Assembly (NCBI GenBank): GCA_001513145.1
Contig: LFSP01000021.1
Coordinates: forward strand, 15,934 to 79,933
Length of the DNA stretch: 64,000 bases
Source of the DNA: Clostridia bacterium DTU025
GTDB taxonomy: Bacteria; Bacillota; DTU025
Reading direction: 5' to 3'
Positions 45,567 to 54,523 of this stretch are shown piece by piece. Every line of letters starts with the position of its first letter. Position 1 is the stretch's first letter. Under the pieces are notes generated by a model. That model was not told where the DNA came from, searched no databases, and worked only from the letters and a program-made list of their open reading frames with translations. A program made the position numbers and the translations under genes.

Positions 45567-46496
45567 TTGGGATCCTACATCCTTAAGAGGCTCGTGTCAG
45601 GTGTACTCGTGGTGTTGATAGTCGCCACCGCGACCTTCATGTTGATGAGGTCGATCCCCGGTGGGCCGTTCCGCAGGGAGAAGGCGCTTCCTGCTGCGAT
45701 CCAGAGGAACATTGAAGCCAGGTACAAACTGAACGATCCGTTGTGGAAACAATATCTCGACTATATGAAGAACATGCTGCGGGGGGATTTCGGCCCGTCC
45801 TTCAAGTACATCGGCCGGTCGGTGAACAGCATCATCGAAGACGGGTTCCCGGTGAGCGCCGTGTTGGGCGGCGTCACGATAATCTTCTCCCTGGTGGTGG
45901 GCATACCAGCTGGGATCATCTCCGCCCTGAACCAGAACAAATGGCAGGACAACCTGGCCATGGGCATCGCGATAGTCGGCGTGTCGGTGCCTAGCTTCGT
46001 CATGGCCACCTTGCTGATGTACGTGTTTGCGGTCAAGCTGCGCTGGTTCCCTGCGGCGATGTGGGGGACTCCAAGGCACGTGGTCCTGCCGATGCTGGCG
46101 CTGAGCGCGTTCCCTACAGCGTTCTTTGCGCGCTTGATGCGTTCCAGCACCCTTGACGTGCTCTCGCAGGACTACATCCGCACCGCCCGTTCCAAGGGGC
46201 TTTCGTGGGCGGCAGTAGTCTACAAGCATGTGCTGAAGAACTCGGTGCTGCCGATCATCACGTACCTCGGGCCGCAGGCTGCGGCGATCCTCACAGGCAG
46301 CTTCGTGGTGGAAAGCATCTTTGCCATACCGGGCTTGGGCCGGTATTACGTTACCAGCATCTATAACAGGGACTACACCACCATCATGGGTGTGACCATC
46401 TTCTACTGCATCATCCTAGTGGCGCTGAACCTCCTGGTGGACATCGCCTACAGCTGGCTGGATCCCAGGATAAAGCTGACCGAGGCAAAGGAGTGA
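45567..46496 (+). CDS. oppB: Oligopeptide ABC transporter permease
   Basis: BPD_transp_1 permease with EAA-like loop, 309 aa. Confidence 0.9.
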   Translation: MGSYILKRLVSGVLVVLIVATATFMLMRSIPGGPFRREKALPAAIQRNIEARYKLNDPLWKQYLDYMKNMLRGDFGPSFKYIGRSVNSIIEDGFPVSAVLGGVTIIFSLVVGIPAGIISALNQNKWQDNLAMGIAIVGVSVPSFVMATLLMYVFAVKLRWFPAAMWGTPRHVVLPMLALSAFPTAFFARLMRSSTLDVLSQDYIRTARSKGLSWAAVVYKHVLKNSVLPIITYLGPQAAAILTGSFVVESIFAIPGLGRYYVTSIYNRDYTTIMGVTIFYCIILVALNLLVDIAYSWLDPRIKLTEAKE

Positions 46497-47416
46497 TCGC
46501 AGTGGAGTACTCACCAGAGCTGTTCCAACAGGTACCGAAGGACATCGCCAGCGCCGAGGCTATCGTGCGGCCGTCCGTGACTTACTGGCAGGACGCGTGG
46601 CGCCGACTGAAGCAGAACAAGATGGCCATGGTGGGCCTGTGGACCATAGCGGCGATCCTGCTCATAGCCATTTTTGGCCCGATGGTTTCACCGTACAGCT
46701 ACTCTGACCAAGACCTGGCCTCTCAGAACCAGGGGCCCAGCCGCGCGCACTGGCTTGGCACGGACGACTTAGGCCGCGACATGCTGACCCGTCTCATGTA
46801 CGGCGCGAGGATATCGCTGACGGTGGGCATCATGGCCAGCGTGCTGAACCTGACGGTGGGCGTGATATACGGCGGCATCTCCGGCTATTACGGCGGCCGC
46901 GTCGACAACATCATGATGCGCATCGTCGAGATCCTGACGGCCATACCGATGCTGCTGTACGTGATCCTGCTGATGGTCATCCTCGAGCCTGGTCTGCAGA
47001 ACATCCTGATCGCCCTGGGCGTGGTGTACTGGCTGAGCATGGCCAGGATCGTGAGGGGGCAGGTGCTGAGCCTCAAGGAGCAGGACTTCGTGCTCGCGGC
47101 GCGCACCATCGGCGCCAGCGACTGGCGGATAATTCTGAAACACTTGGTGCCCAACGCCATGGGCCCCATCATCGTCACGGCTACGCTGAACATCCCGTCG
47201 GCCATCTTCACTGAGGCGTTCCTCAGCTTCATCGGCCTGGGCGTTAGCGCCCCGATGGCCAGCTGGGGCGCGCTGGCGTCAGATGCGCTTCAGGGGTTCC
47301 GCACATACCCGTGGCAGCTGTTCTACCCGGCTATAGCGATCAGCATAACTATGTTCGCGTTCAACTTCCTCGGCGACGGCCTGAGGGATGCGCTTGACCC
47401 CAAGCAGCGCAAATGA
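46493..47416 (+). CDS. oppC: Oligopeptide ABC transporter permease
   Basis: OppC-type N-terminal region and permease core. Start overlaps the oppB stop. Confidence 0.9.
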   Translation: MIAVEYSPELFQQVPKDIASAEAIVRPSVTYWQDAWRRLKQNKMAMVGLWTIAAILLIAIFGPMVSPYSYSDQDLASQNQGPSRAHWLGTDDLGRDMLTRLMYGARISLTVGIMASVLNLTVGVIYGGISGYYGGRVDNIMMRIVEILTAIPMLLYVILLMVILEPGLQNILIALGVVYWLSMARIVRGQVLSLKEQDFVLAARTIGASDWRIILKHLVPNAMGPIIVTATLNIPSAIFTEAFLSFIGLGVSAPMASWGALASDALQGFRTYPWQLFYPAIAISITMFAFNFLGDGLRDALDPKQRK

Positions 47417-48456
47417 TGGGCAACGCACACAAGGGGGAATATTCGTTGGACAGACTGCTTGAAGTCACCAACCTTCATACGTCGTTCCGCACCTACGCCG
47501 GGGTGGTGCAGGCCGTCAGAGGGGTTAGCTTCCATGTGAACAGAGGAGAGGCCGTGGCCCTCGTGGGAGAGTCGGGATGCGGCAAGAGCGTCACCGCCTT
47601 GTCCATAATGCAGCTGGTGCCGCCGCCCGGAAAGGTGACGGAGGGGTGCATAGCTTTCGACGGCAAGGATCTTACGGCCATGACCGAGCGGGAGATGCAG
47701 CACGTCAGGGGAAACGAAATCGGCATGATATTCCAGGACCCTATGACCTCGCTGAACCCGGTGCTCTCCATCAAGACGCAGATCGTTGAGTCGCTTCGGC
47801 TGCACCAGAACCTAAGGGGCGAGGCTGCCACCCATCGGGCGTTGGAGCTTCTGCGCATGGTGGGGATCCCTTCGCCCGAGCGCAGGCTTGCGGCGTACCC
47901 GCACCAGTTCAGCGGCGGGATGAGGCAGCGCGTGATGATAGCCATGGCGCTGGCGTGCAGCCCGAAGCTCCTGATCGCTGACGAACCCACCACGGCCCTT
48001 GACGTGACCATCCAGGCGCAGATAATCGAGCTCATGAAGGAGCTCAAGGAGAAGCTGGGCATGTCCATCATCCTGATCACCCACGACCTGGGCGTGGTGG
48101 CAGGCCTAGCGCAGCGCGTGGTGGTGATGTACGCAGGCAAAGTGGCGGAGCAGGGAACGGTGGACGAGATATACAAGAGCCCACAGCACCCGTACACCTG
48201 GGGGCTACTGAAGTCCGTGCCCAGGCTGGACGCCACTCGCAAGGACAAGCTCGTGCCGATATACGGCCAGCCGCCTGACCTCATCAGTCCGCCGCAGGGC
48301 TGTCCGTTCGCTCCGCGATGCGACTGGGCGATGAACATCTGCAAGACGGCACAGCCCGAGTTCACGACGCTCAGCGACACCCACCAGGTGGCGTGCTGGC
48401 TGCAGCATTCGATGGCTCCGGCCAATCCCAGAGTGAAGAGAGGGGGCGCAGCGTGA
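47413..48456 (+). CDS. oppD: Oligopeptide ABC transporter ATP-binding protein
   Basis: [35 protein letters not shown], and the C-terminal oligopeptide-type extension. Confidence 0.9.
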   Translation: MMGNAHKGEYSLDRLLEVTNLHTSFRTYAGVVQAVRGVSFHVNRGEAVALVGESGCGKSVTALSIMQLVPPPGKVTEGCIAFDGKDLTAMTEREMQHVRGNEIGMIFQDPMTSLNPVLSIKTQIVESLRLHQNLRGEAATHRALELLRMVGIPSPERRLAAYPHQFSGGMRQRVMIAMALACSPKLLIADEPTTALDVTIQAQIIELMKELKEKLGMSIILITHDLGVVAGLAQRVVVMYAGKVAEQGTVDEIYKSPQHPYTWGLLKSVPRLDATRKDKLVPIYGQPPDLISPPQGCPFAPRCDWAMNICKTAQPEFTTLSDTHQVACWLQHSMAPANPRVKRGGAA

Positions 48457-49427
48457 TGGCACCACTTATAGAAGTCAAGAACCTGAAGAAGTACTTCGTA
48501 GTCGCCAGGACCAGGCTGGGTGCCCCCAAGAGCTGGCTGAAGGCCGTCGACGACGTGAGCTTCACCATCGACCGCGGCGAGACCCTGGGCCTCGTGGGCG
48601 AGTCGGGCTGCGGCAAGACCACTGTGGGGCGCACCATCTGCCGACTTTACGAGCCCACAGGCGGCGAGGTGTTATTCGACGGGCAGCCCGTCTTCAAGCT
48701 CGACCGCCGCGAGATGCTGGCGATGAGGCGCAAGATGCAGATGATATTCCAGGACCCTTACGCCTCCCTCAACCCGAGAATGACAGTGGGCGACATCGTG
48801 GGCGAGCCCATTGACATACACCGTTTGGCCTCCAGCAAGGCCGAGCGCGACGAGATGGTGCACGAGCTCCTGCACACTGTGGGGCTCAGCCCGGAGCACG
48901 CCGCCAGGTTCCCGCACGAGTTCAGCGGAGGCCAGCGCCAGAGGATCGGAGTGGCCAGGGCGCTCGCGGTGAACCCCAGCTTCATCATATGCGATGAGCC
49001 CATCTCCGCCCTGGACGTGTCAATCCAGGCGCAGATCATCAACATGCTGGAGGAGCTCCAGGAGAAGCGCGGGCTCTCGTACCTGTTCATCGCTCACGAC
49101 CTTTCCATGGTGAAGCACACCAGCCGGCGCGTGGCCGTGATGTACCTGGGCAAGATCGTGGAGCTAGCGGAAAGCGTGGAGCTGTACCGCAATCCGCTGC
49201 ACCCGTACACCAAGGCCCTGCTTTCGGCCATCCCCATCCCGGATCCGGATGTGGAGCGCACCAGGCACCGCATAATCCTGGAGGGAGACGTGCCCAGCCC
49301 CATCGATCCGCCTGCCGGGTGCCGGTTCAGGGGCAGGTGCAGCTACGCCATGCCGGTGTGCGCGGAGCAAGAGCCACCCATGCGGGACGTGGGCGACGGC
49401 CACCACGTAGCGTGTCACCTCATATAG
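48456..49427 (+). CDS. oppF: Oligopeptide ABC transporter ATP-binding protein
   Basis: [35 protein letters not shown]. Start trimmed to [10 protein letters not shown] (TGATG overlap with oppD). Confidence 0.9.
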   Translation: MAPLIEVKNLKKYFVVARTRLGAPKSWLKAVDDVSFTIDRGETLGLVGESGCGKTTVGRTICRLYEPTGGEVLFDGQPVFKLDRREMLAMRRKMQMIFQDPYASLNPRMTVGDIVGEPIDIHRLASSKAERDEMVHELLHTVGLSPEHAARFPHEFSGGQRQRIGVARALAVNPSFIICDEPISALDVSIQAQIINMLEELQEKRGLSYLFIAHDLSMVKHTSRRVAVMYLGKIVELAESVELYRNPLHPYTKALLSAIPIPDPDVERTRHRIILEGDVPSPIDPPAGCRFRGRCSYAMPVCAEQEPPMRDVGDGHHVACHLI

Positions 49428-49605
49428 CCGTTGATGTAGGCCCTCACGTGGCCACGGGCCACACGAGTTGCAGATGGCGGCCTGGCGCGCTGGCACCGGC
49501 TGGCACCGCCGGGCCGCCCTTCATATGTGCCGCCGTTTGGGATACAATTCCGATGTGAACTAGTCCAGTATGCGAAGCATACATCGTATGGAGAGATGTG
49601 TCGGT

Positions 49606-50877
49606 ATGCGTTTGGTCTTGAATCGTGTGGGGACTGCCATCGTACTCATCGCACTGATCGTAACTTCAACTGCTCTATCACCCGTAGCGTCCGTGGCTTC
49701 CGCGGCGTCCTCGGCTTTCGCAGCGTCCGTAGTTGCCGCGGCGCCGGCCCAAAGCACGGCCCAGGCGCTCTTCGCCGGAATGCCAGTCGCACCAGCGCCT
49801 TCAGTGGCAGCGCGCTCCGCGATACTGGCCGAGGCCGAAACCGGGCAGATACTCTACGAGCTTAACGCCGACGAGCGTGCGGCTCCCGCGTCCATCACCA
49901 AGATCATGACCATGCTCCTGGTGATGGAGCACGTCGAGGCGGGTAAGATATCCCTGGATGACCAGGTCATCGTGAGCCGAAAGGCGTCGCAGATGGGAGG
50001 GTCCCAGGTCTACCTGAAGGAGAAAGAGGTCGTGTCGGTGAACGACCTCATGGCGGCGACTGCCATCCGCTCCGCCAACGACGCCAGTTACGCGCTGGCG
50101 GAGCACGTGGCCGGCTCCGCCGAGGCGTTCGTGAGGCTCATGAACCAGCGCGCCCGCGAGCTTGGCATGACCAGCACCAACTTCGAGAACCCCGAAGGCC
50201 TCGACGACCCTAACCACTACACGACGGCACGGGACATCCTCATCATGGCGCGCGAGCTCGTTCGCCATGAGAAGGTGCTCCAATGGACCAACACCTGGAT
50301 CGGCTCGATGCGGGGCGGCACCTATGAGCTTTTCAACACCAACAGGCTCATCCGCGACTACCCCGGTGCCGATGGCCTTAAGACCGGCCACACCAGCCAG
50401 GCCGGCTACTGCCTGGCCGGCACCGCCGTGCGCGACGGCGTGCGCTTGATCGCCGTGGTGTTGGGCACCGCCAGCGAGACCGAACGCACCAGGCAGACCG
50501 CTCGGCTCCTGGACTACGGTTTCGATAACTTCGAGAAGGTGTGGTTCGCCAAGGCCGGCGCCGACATCGGCACCGTGAAGGTTCCCACCGCCGTCACCGT
50601 GGACGTGCCCGTGCAGGCTGCCTCCGACGTGGTGGCGATGGTGCCTAAGGGCGCGGCAGAGCAGGTGAAGCTGGAGCTCAGGCCCGTCGATCCCGCCCCC
50701 GCGGCGCCGGTATCCCAAGGCCAGCCACTGGGCACCGTAGCCGCCGTGGCTCCCAGCGGCGACGATCTGGCCGAGGCCCCCGCCCTTGCGGCCGCGCAAG
50801 TGAGGCGCGCGAACATCTTCGTTAGGGTTTTCAGGGCCATCGTAAACTTTTTCAGAGCGCTGTTCAGGAGGGGCTAG
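49606..50877 (+). CDS. dacB: D-alanyl-D-alanine carboxypeptidase (S11 family, DacB/DacF-like)
   Basis: SITKIMT (SxxK), SANDA (SxN) and KTGHT motifs, signal peptide. Start at the third in-frame ATG, which has a GGAGAG RBS. Confidence 0.85.
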   Translation: MRLVLNRVGTAIVLIALIVTSTALSPVASVASAASSAFAASVVAAAPAQSTAQALFAGMPVAPAPSVAARSAILAEAETGQILYELNADERAAPASITKIMTMLLVMEHVEAGKISLDDQVIVSRKASQMGGSQVYLKEKEVVSVNDLMAATAIRSANDASYALAEHVAGSAEAFVRLMNQRARELGMTSTNFENPEGLDDPNHYTTARDILIMARELVRHEKVLQWTNTWIGSMRGGTYELFNTNRLIRDYPGADGLKTGHTSQAGYCLAGTAVRDGVRLIAVVLGTASETERTRQTARLLDYGFDNFEKVWFAKAGADIGTVKVPTAVTVDVPVQAASDVVAMVPKGAAEQVKLELRPVDPAPAAPVSQGQPLGTVAAVAPSGDDLAEAPALAAAQVRRANIFVRVFRAIVNFFRALFRRG

Positions 50878-50881
50878 CCCA

Positions 50882-51994
50882 TTGACCTCCGTGAAGACCA
50901 AAGCCTGGGCCAAACTCAACCTCGTCCTCCACATCGTAGGGAAGAGGCCGGACGGCCGCCACAATATTGAGACGGTGATGCACGCCATCGACCTTGCCGA
51001 CGACGTCGAGGTGACGCTGGAGCCTGGGTCCGGGCGCATACACGTGCGCGTCACCTCAAACGACCCGGATCTGGCTGCATCCGTGCCTTCCGACCACCGC
51101 AACATTGCGCACAAGGCGGTGGGAGCGTTCTTCGCTGCGCTAGAGGGGGCCGGAGGCGACGCGTCAAGGCCGCCTGCACCAGCCAGCTCAGCGCTGGCCT
51201 CCTGGGACGTGCAGGTGTACATACACAAGCGGATACCGGTGGAGTCCGGCCTCGGCGGGGGCAGCGCCGACGCCGCGGCCGTGCTGCACGCCCTCAACCT
51301 GCTGCTGGATGCGCCCCTGAACCCCGACAGGCTCATGGACGTCGCCGCAGGCGTCGGAAGCGACGTGCCCTTTTTCCTGCATTCCACGCAGCCCGACGCC
51401 ACCGGAGCCGCCTTCGCCGCAGGCGCCGGCGAGGCGCTGGAGCCCCTGCCCAGCCTGTCTGGGGTGGGCTTCGTCGTGGCGGTACCGGATTTCGGCCTGT
51501 CTACAAGGGATATGTATGACCTGTGGGACGCCCAGCCTGAGCCGGCCGGAGGAGCAAGGCATCGCGGCGACGTGGCGCAAAGCGACGCCGTGGATAGCCC
51601 CGCAGCGAGACCGGAGCCTGGATCTTTCGGCGCGAGCTCTGCTTGCCCTGCTGGCCCCGCCATCCCAGCCAGCCCAGCCAGGGCGCTGGCGGAGGCGCTG
51701 CGCCAGGGCAAGAGCCTGGACGACCTCGCTTCATTGATGAGTAACGACTTCCACCGGCTTGCGGTGGCCAACGACGCGAGGCTCGGGGCTCTGGCCTACC
51801 TCCTGGTGAAGCAGGGCGCCCTGTGCGCGCAGCTGACCGGCAGCGGCTCGGCCGTGTTCGGAATGTTCCGTTCCCGAGAGGAGGCGGCGCGCACGGCGTG
51901 GAGCAGTCCGGTGCGGGAGCGCGCGCTGCAGGCGGCCGGGGCGAGGCTGCTGGCCGTGGAGGTGGCCCCGGTTGGCGCCCGGCAACGCTCGTAG
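50882..51994 (+). CDS. ispE: 4-diphosphocytidyl-2-C-methyl-D-erythritol kinase with a ~80-aa Ala/Pro-rich insertion
   Basis: AKLNLVLHIVGKRPDGRHNIETV and PVESGLGGGSADAAAV GHMP-kinase motifs. The insertion is around residues 210-290. Confidence 0.85.
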   Translation: MTSVKTKAWAKLNLVLHIVGKRPDGRHNIETVMHAIDLADDVEVTLEPGSGRIHVRVTSNDPDLAASVPSDHRNIAHKAVGAFFAALEGAGGDASRPPAPASSALASWDVQVYIHKRIPVESGLGGGSADAAAVLHALNLLLDAPLNPDRLMDVAAGVGSDVPFFLHSTQPDATGAAFAAGAGEALEPLPSLSGVGFVVAVPDFGLSTRDMYDLWDAQPEPAGGARHRGDVAQSDAVDSPAARPEPGSFGASSACPAGPAIPASPARALAEALRQGKSLDDLASLMSNDFHRLAVANDARLGALAYLLVKQGALCAQLTGSGSAVFGMFRSREEAARTAWSSPVRERALQAAGARLLAVEVAPVGARQRS

Positions 51995-52017
51995 GGAAGC
52001 GTATGGAGGCAGTGACC

Positions 52018-52812
52018 ATGGAACACGGGGAACGCAAAGTTGATGCGGTGATCATGGCCGGCGCCGACAACCGCGGCCGGCTTGCTGAAGTCTCGGACTC
52101 GCCCTACGAGGCGACCATCGACATAAACGGCAGGGCCATGCTGGGCTGGGTGCTCCAAGGAGCGCTAAGCGCCGCACACGTGGGCCGGATCGTCATCGTT
52201 GGCCCGGTGGAGGCCCTGGCTCCGGTGGTGGAGGCAGAAGGTGCAGACGGCCGCGTGATCCTGGTGGAGCGGCGCGGCAGCATCTTCGACAACCTCCTGG
52301 CCGGCCTGGAGCAGCTTCACGACAGCGACCGCACGCTGGCGATGTCGGCCGATATACCCTTCATCACCGGGGAGGCCCTGGATCGTTTCATCCAGCGCTG
52401 CTGGAGCCTGCCAGCTCAGGTCCACTACCCCCTCATCCCGAAGCACGTGAACGAGGCGAGGTTCCCCGGTGTGAGCCGCACGTACATCAAGCTCGCCGAC
52501 GGGCTGGTGACCGGCGGCAACGTCTTCATGGTGGACCCACAGTTCGTCAGGAGCAACGAGGCCCTTATCCGCAAGGTCCTTGAGCTCCGAAAGAAGCCCC
52601 TGGCGCTCGCATCCATGCTAGGCGTTGGCCTGATATTCAAGTACATCACGGGACGTCTCAGGATCGTCGACGTGGAGAACAAGGCCAGATCCTGGCTGGG
52701 CCTGGAGGGAAGGGGCGTGATCATCGACTCCCCCGAGATCGGTGTGGACGTCGACAAGCCCAGCGACTACATGCTTGCGCTGTCAGTCCTGAAGAAGGAG
52801 GCTACAGCCTGA
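52018..52812 (+). CDS. MobA-like nucleotidyltransferase family protein
   Basis: AVIMAGADNRG NTP-transferase motif. Start trimmed to MEHGERK after a GGAGG RBS. Occupies the purR position of the Bacillus order. Confidence 0.6.
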   Translation: MEHGERKVDAVIMAGADNRGRLAEVSDSPYEATIDINGRAMLGWVLQGALSAAHVGRIVIVGPVEALAPVVEAEGADGRVILVERRGSIFDNLLAGLEQLHDSDRTLAMSADIPFITGEALDRFIQRCWSLPAQVHYPLIPKHVNEARFPGVSRTYIKLADGLVTGGNVFMVDPQFVRSNEALIRKVLELRKKPLALASMLGVGLIFKYITGRLRIVDVENKARSWLGLEGRGVIIDSPEIGVDVDKPSDYMLALSVLKKEATA

Positions 52813-53195
52813 TGAAGAAGGCCATCGCAACTTCCGAAGCCCCCGCAGCCGTGGGGCCGTATTCCCAGGGGATCGTTTCGGGCGGGTTCGTTTTCGTGTC
52901 GGGGCAGCTGCCCCTGGACCCTGCCACAGGGCAGTTCGTGGAAGGCGGCATCGAGGAGCAGACCGCTAGGGTCATCGAGAACCTTCAGGCGGTGCTCAAG
53001 GCCGCCGGAGCCGACCTTGACTCGGTGGTGAAAGTCACGGTGTTCCTTGCGGACATGAACGACTTCGCTGCCATGAACAAGGTGTACACCTCTTTCTTTG
53101 GCTCGGTGCCTCCGGCGAGGTCCGCTGTTCAGGTGGCCAGGCTGCCGAAGGATGCCAGAATAGAGATGGAGGCCATCGCCTGCCTGAGCAGGTAG
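52812..53195 (+). CDS. ridA: RidA/YjgF family reactive-intermediate deaminase (YabJ)
   Basis: 127 aa with the AP.AVGPYSQ...GQLP motifs. Conserved position before spoVG. Confidence 0.9.
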   Translation: MKKAIATSEAPAAVGPYSQGIVSGGFVFVSGQLPLDPATGQFVEGGIEEQTARVIENLQAVLKAAGADLDSVVKVTVFLADMNDFAAMNKVYTSFFGSVPPARSAVQVARLPKDARIEMEAIACLSR

Positions 53196-53242
53196 CCAGC
53201 AACTTACATGCGTCCTCGACGCAGCAACCCCCCTGCGTTCCA

Positions 53243-53267
53243 GAGGATTTTCCTTTTCAGCGTGGAA
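53243..53267 (+). promoter_or_regulatory. Sigma-H-type promoter upstream of spoVG (AGAGGATTT -N- GTGGAATAG)
   Basis: Matches RnAGGAwWW -11/12- RnnGAATww, with 17 nt between AGGA and GAAT. B. subtilis spoVG is the classic sigma-H gene. Confidence 0.5.
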
Positions 53268-53316
53268 TAGGTAATCCACACATACCAGCATATTCGCGCT
53301 GAAGGGTGGCTACCAG

Positions 53317-53619
53317 TTGATAGTCACGAACGTGAAGGTTCGCGCAGTGGACGTGTCCGGAAGGATGAAAGCGCTGGCCACCATCACCCTTGACGGCGCC
53401 TTCGTCGTTCACGATCTCAGGGTGATCCAAGGAGATAAAGGGCTGTTCGTCGCCATGCCCAGCAGGCGGGGCGCCGACGGCAAGTTCCGCGACGTGGCCC
53501 ACCCCATCACTCAGGAACTCAGGGACACGATCGAGGCAGCGGTTCTCCAGGCGTACACGGCTGAACACGAGCACGAGCAGCAGCACGAGCAGCAGCACGA
53601 GCATCAGCAGGGCGCTTAA
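53317..53619 (+). CDS. spoVG: Septation/sporulation protein SpoVG
   Basis: [39 protein letters not shown]... is near-identical to SpoVG. C-terminal HEQQ repeat. Confidence 0.92.
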   Translation: MIVTNVKVRAVDVSGRMKALATITLDGAFVVHDLRVIQGDKGLFVAMPSRRGADGKFRDVAHPITQELRDTIEAAVLQAYTAEHEHEQQHEQQHEHQQGA

Positions 53620-53693
53620 GCGGCTAATGGCCATCCGTCCAGCGCCTGCCTGGCGTCGCCTTGGACCATGCCGCTGCGCGCCCCGAGGCCAGG

Positions 53694-53722
53694 TTGCCGG
53701 CGGTGGCGGCGTATGCTAAAAT
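53694..53722 (+). promoter_or_regulatory. Candidate sigma-A promoter for tRNA-Gln (TTGCCG-17-TAAAAT)
   Basis: The -10 ends ~14 nt before the tRNA 5' end. Confidence 0.4.
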
Positions 53723-53735
53723 TATGGGCGCACAC

Positions 53736-53810
53736 TGGGGCGTCGCCAAGCGGTAAGGCACGGGACTTTGGATCCTGCATTCGGAGGTTCGAATCCTCCC
53801 GCCCCAGCCA
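53736..53810 (+). tRNA. tRNA-Gln (anticodon UUG)
   Basis: Cloverleaf folded by hand: 7-bp acceptor stem with U1-A72 and G73 (tRNA-Gln identity), D-arm GCCA/AGGC, anticodon stem CGGGA/UCCUG with loop CUUUGGA, T-arm GGAGG-TTCGAAT-CCTCC, encoded CCA. Confidence 0.85.
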
Positions 53811-53887
53811 TTCCATATCTATTGGCCAGGTTGCTGCCGGGCACGCTACTCGTAGGCGGCGCAGCGTCATCAACCAACGCGCGAAAA

Positions 53888-53931
53888 ACCATGAAAAAGC
53901 TGAGGCAGGAGGCGGAATGTCCGCCTCCTGC
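53888..53931 (-). terminator. Rho-independent terminator for the minus-strand SASP gene (GCAGGAGGCGGA-ACAU-UCCGCCUCCUGC then CUCAGCUUUUUCAUGGUUUUUCG)
   Basis: 11-12 bp GC stem with a U-rich tail on the minus strand, ~35 nt downstream of the SASP stop. On the plus strand it lies ~95 nt after the tRNA. Confidence 0.55.
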
Positions 53932-53963
53932 AAGTAGGCAGCGAAGTTGGCTTCAGCTTCGGC

Positions 53964-54341
53964 TTAGCTCGGCTGGACCGTGGGCACCGTGGTTGCCGTG
54001 GTTGCCGTGGTTCCTGTCTTCAGGTCATGGCTGGGATCCAGGTGCCATCCGGGCGGGCGATGCAAGTGCGAGGCTGCCGCAGCGCCGACCACCTCGTGGA
54101 AGCCCCGGCTGACTCCTGCTGACATCGATGCTATGAGGCTTGCCTCCGCCGCTTCGATCATCTTCCGCACCATGTTGCCGCCGAGGGTTCCGCAGTCACG
54201 CGAGCTCACGTTGCCCCAGTAGTCACCCTGAACCAGATGCGTGGGAGTCCCGATCTCCTGGGCAGTCTCCCACTTCATGCGTTCAAGGGCCCGCGCAAGT
54301 TCCGGCGACCGGCTTCGCCGCCTGTTCGTGTTCGACGGCAT
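53964..54341 (-). CDS. Alpha/beta-type small acid-soluble spore protein with an unusual ~50-aa C-terminal extension
   Basis: Start trimmed to MPSNTNRRRSR (RBS GGAGGTGA). Both SASP signatures are present: KWETAQEIG and RDCGTLGGNMVRKMI. The C-terminal tail includes TTATTATT, encoded by 3 x GTGGTTGCC. Confidence 0.7.
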   Translation of the reverse strand: MPSNTNRRRSRSPELARALERMKWETAQEIGTPTHLVQGDYWGNVSSRDCGTLGGNMVRKMIEAAEASLIASMSAGVSRGFHEVVGAAAASHLHRPPGWHLDPSHDLKTGTTATTATTVPTVQPS

Positions 54342-54446
54342 TCTTTCACCTCCATCGCGCTGGTGTTTGGAGTTTGTCCGGCGCCAGCCGAGGTATGCTG
54401 GCTTGTGACAGGGCGAGTTTGAGGGCTCTGCCACGGCGCCGAAAAG

Positions 54447-54475
54447 TTGACTATACTGCATCGATGCGATATGCT
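54447..54475 (+). promoter_or_regulatory. Candidate sigma-A promoter for glmU (TTGACT-17-TATGCT)
   Basis: About 50 nt upstream of the glmU ATG. Confidence 0.4.
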
Positions 54476-54523
54476 CAAGCTGCCTAACATGCCCTAGCAA
54501 TCAAGGGGTGGAGTGACAATATC

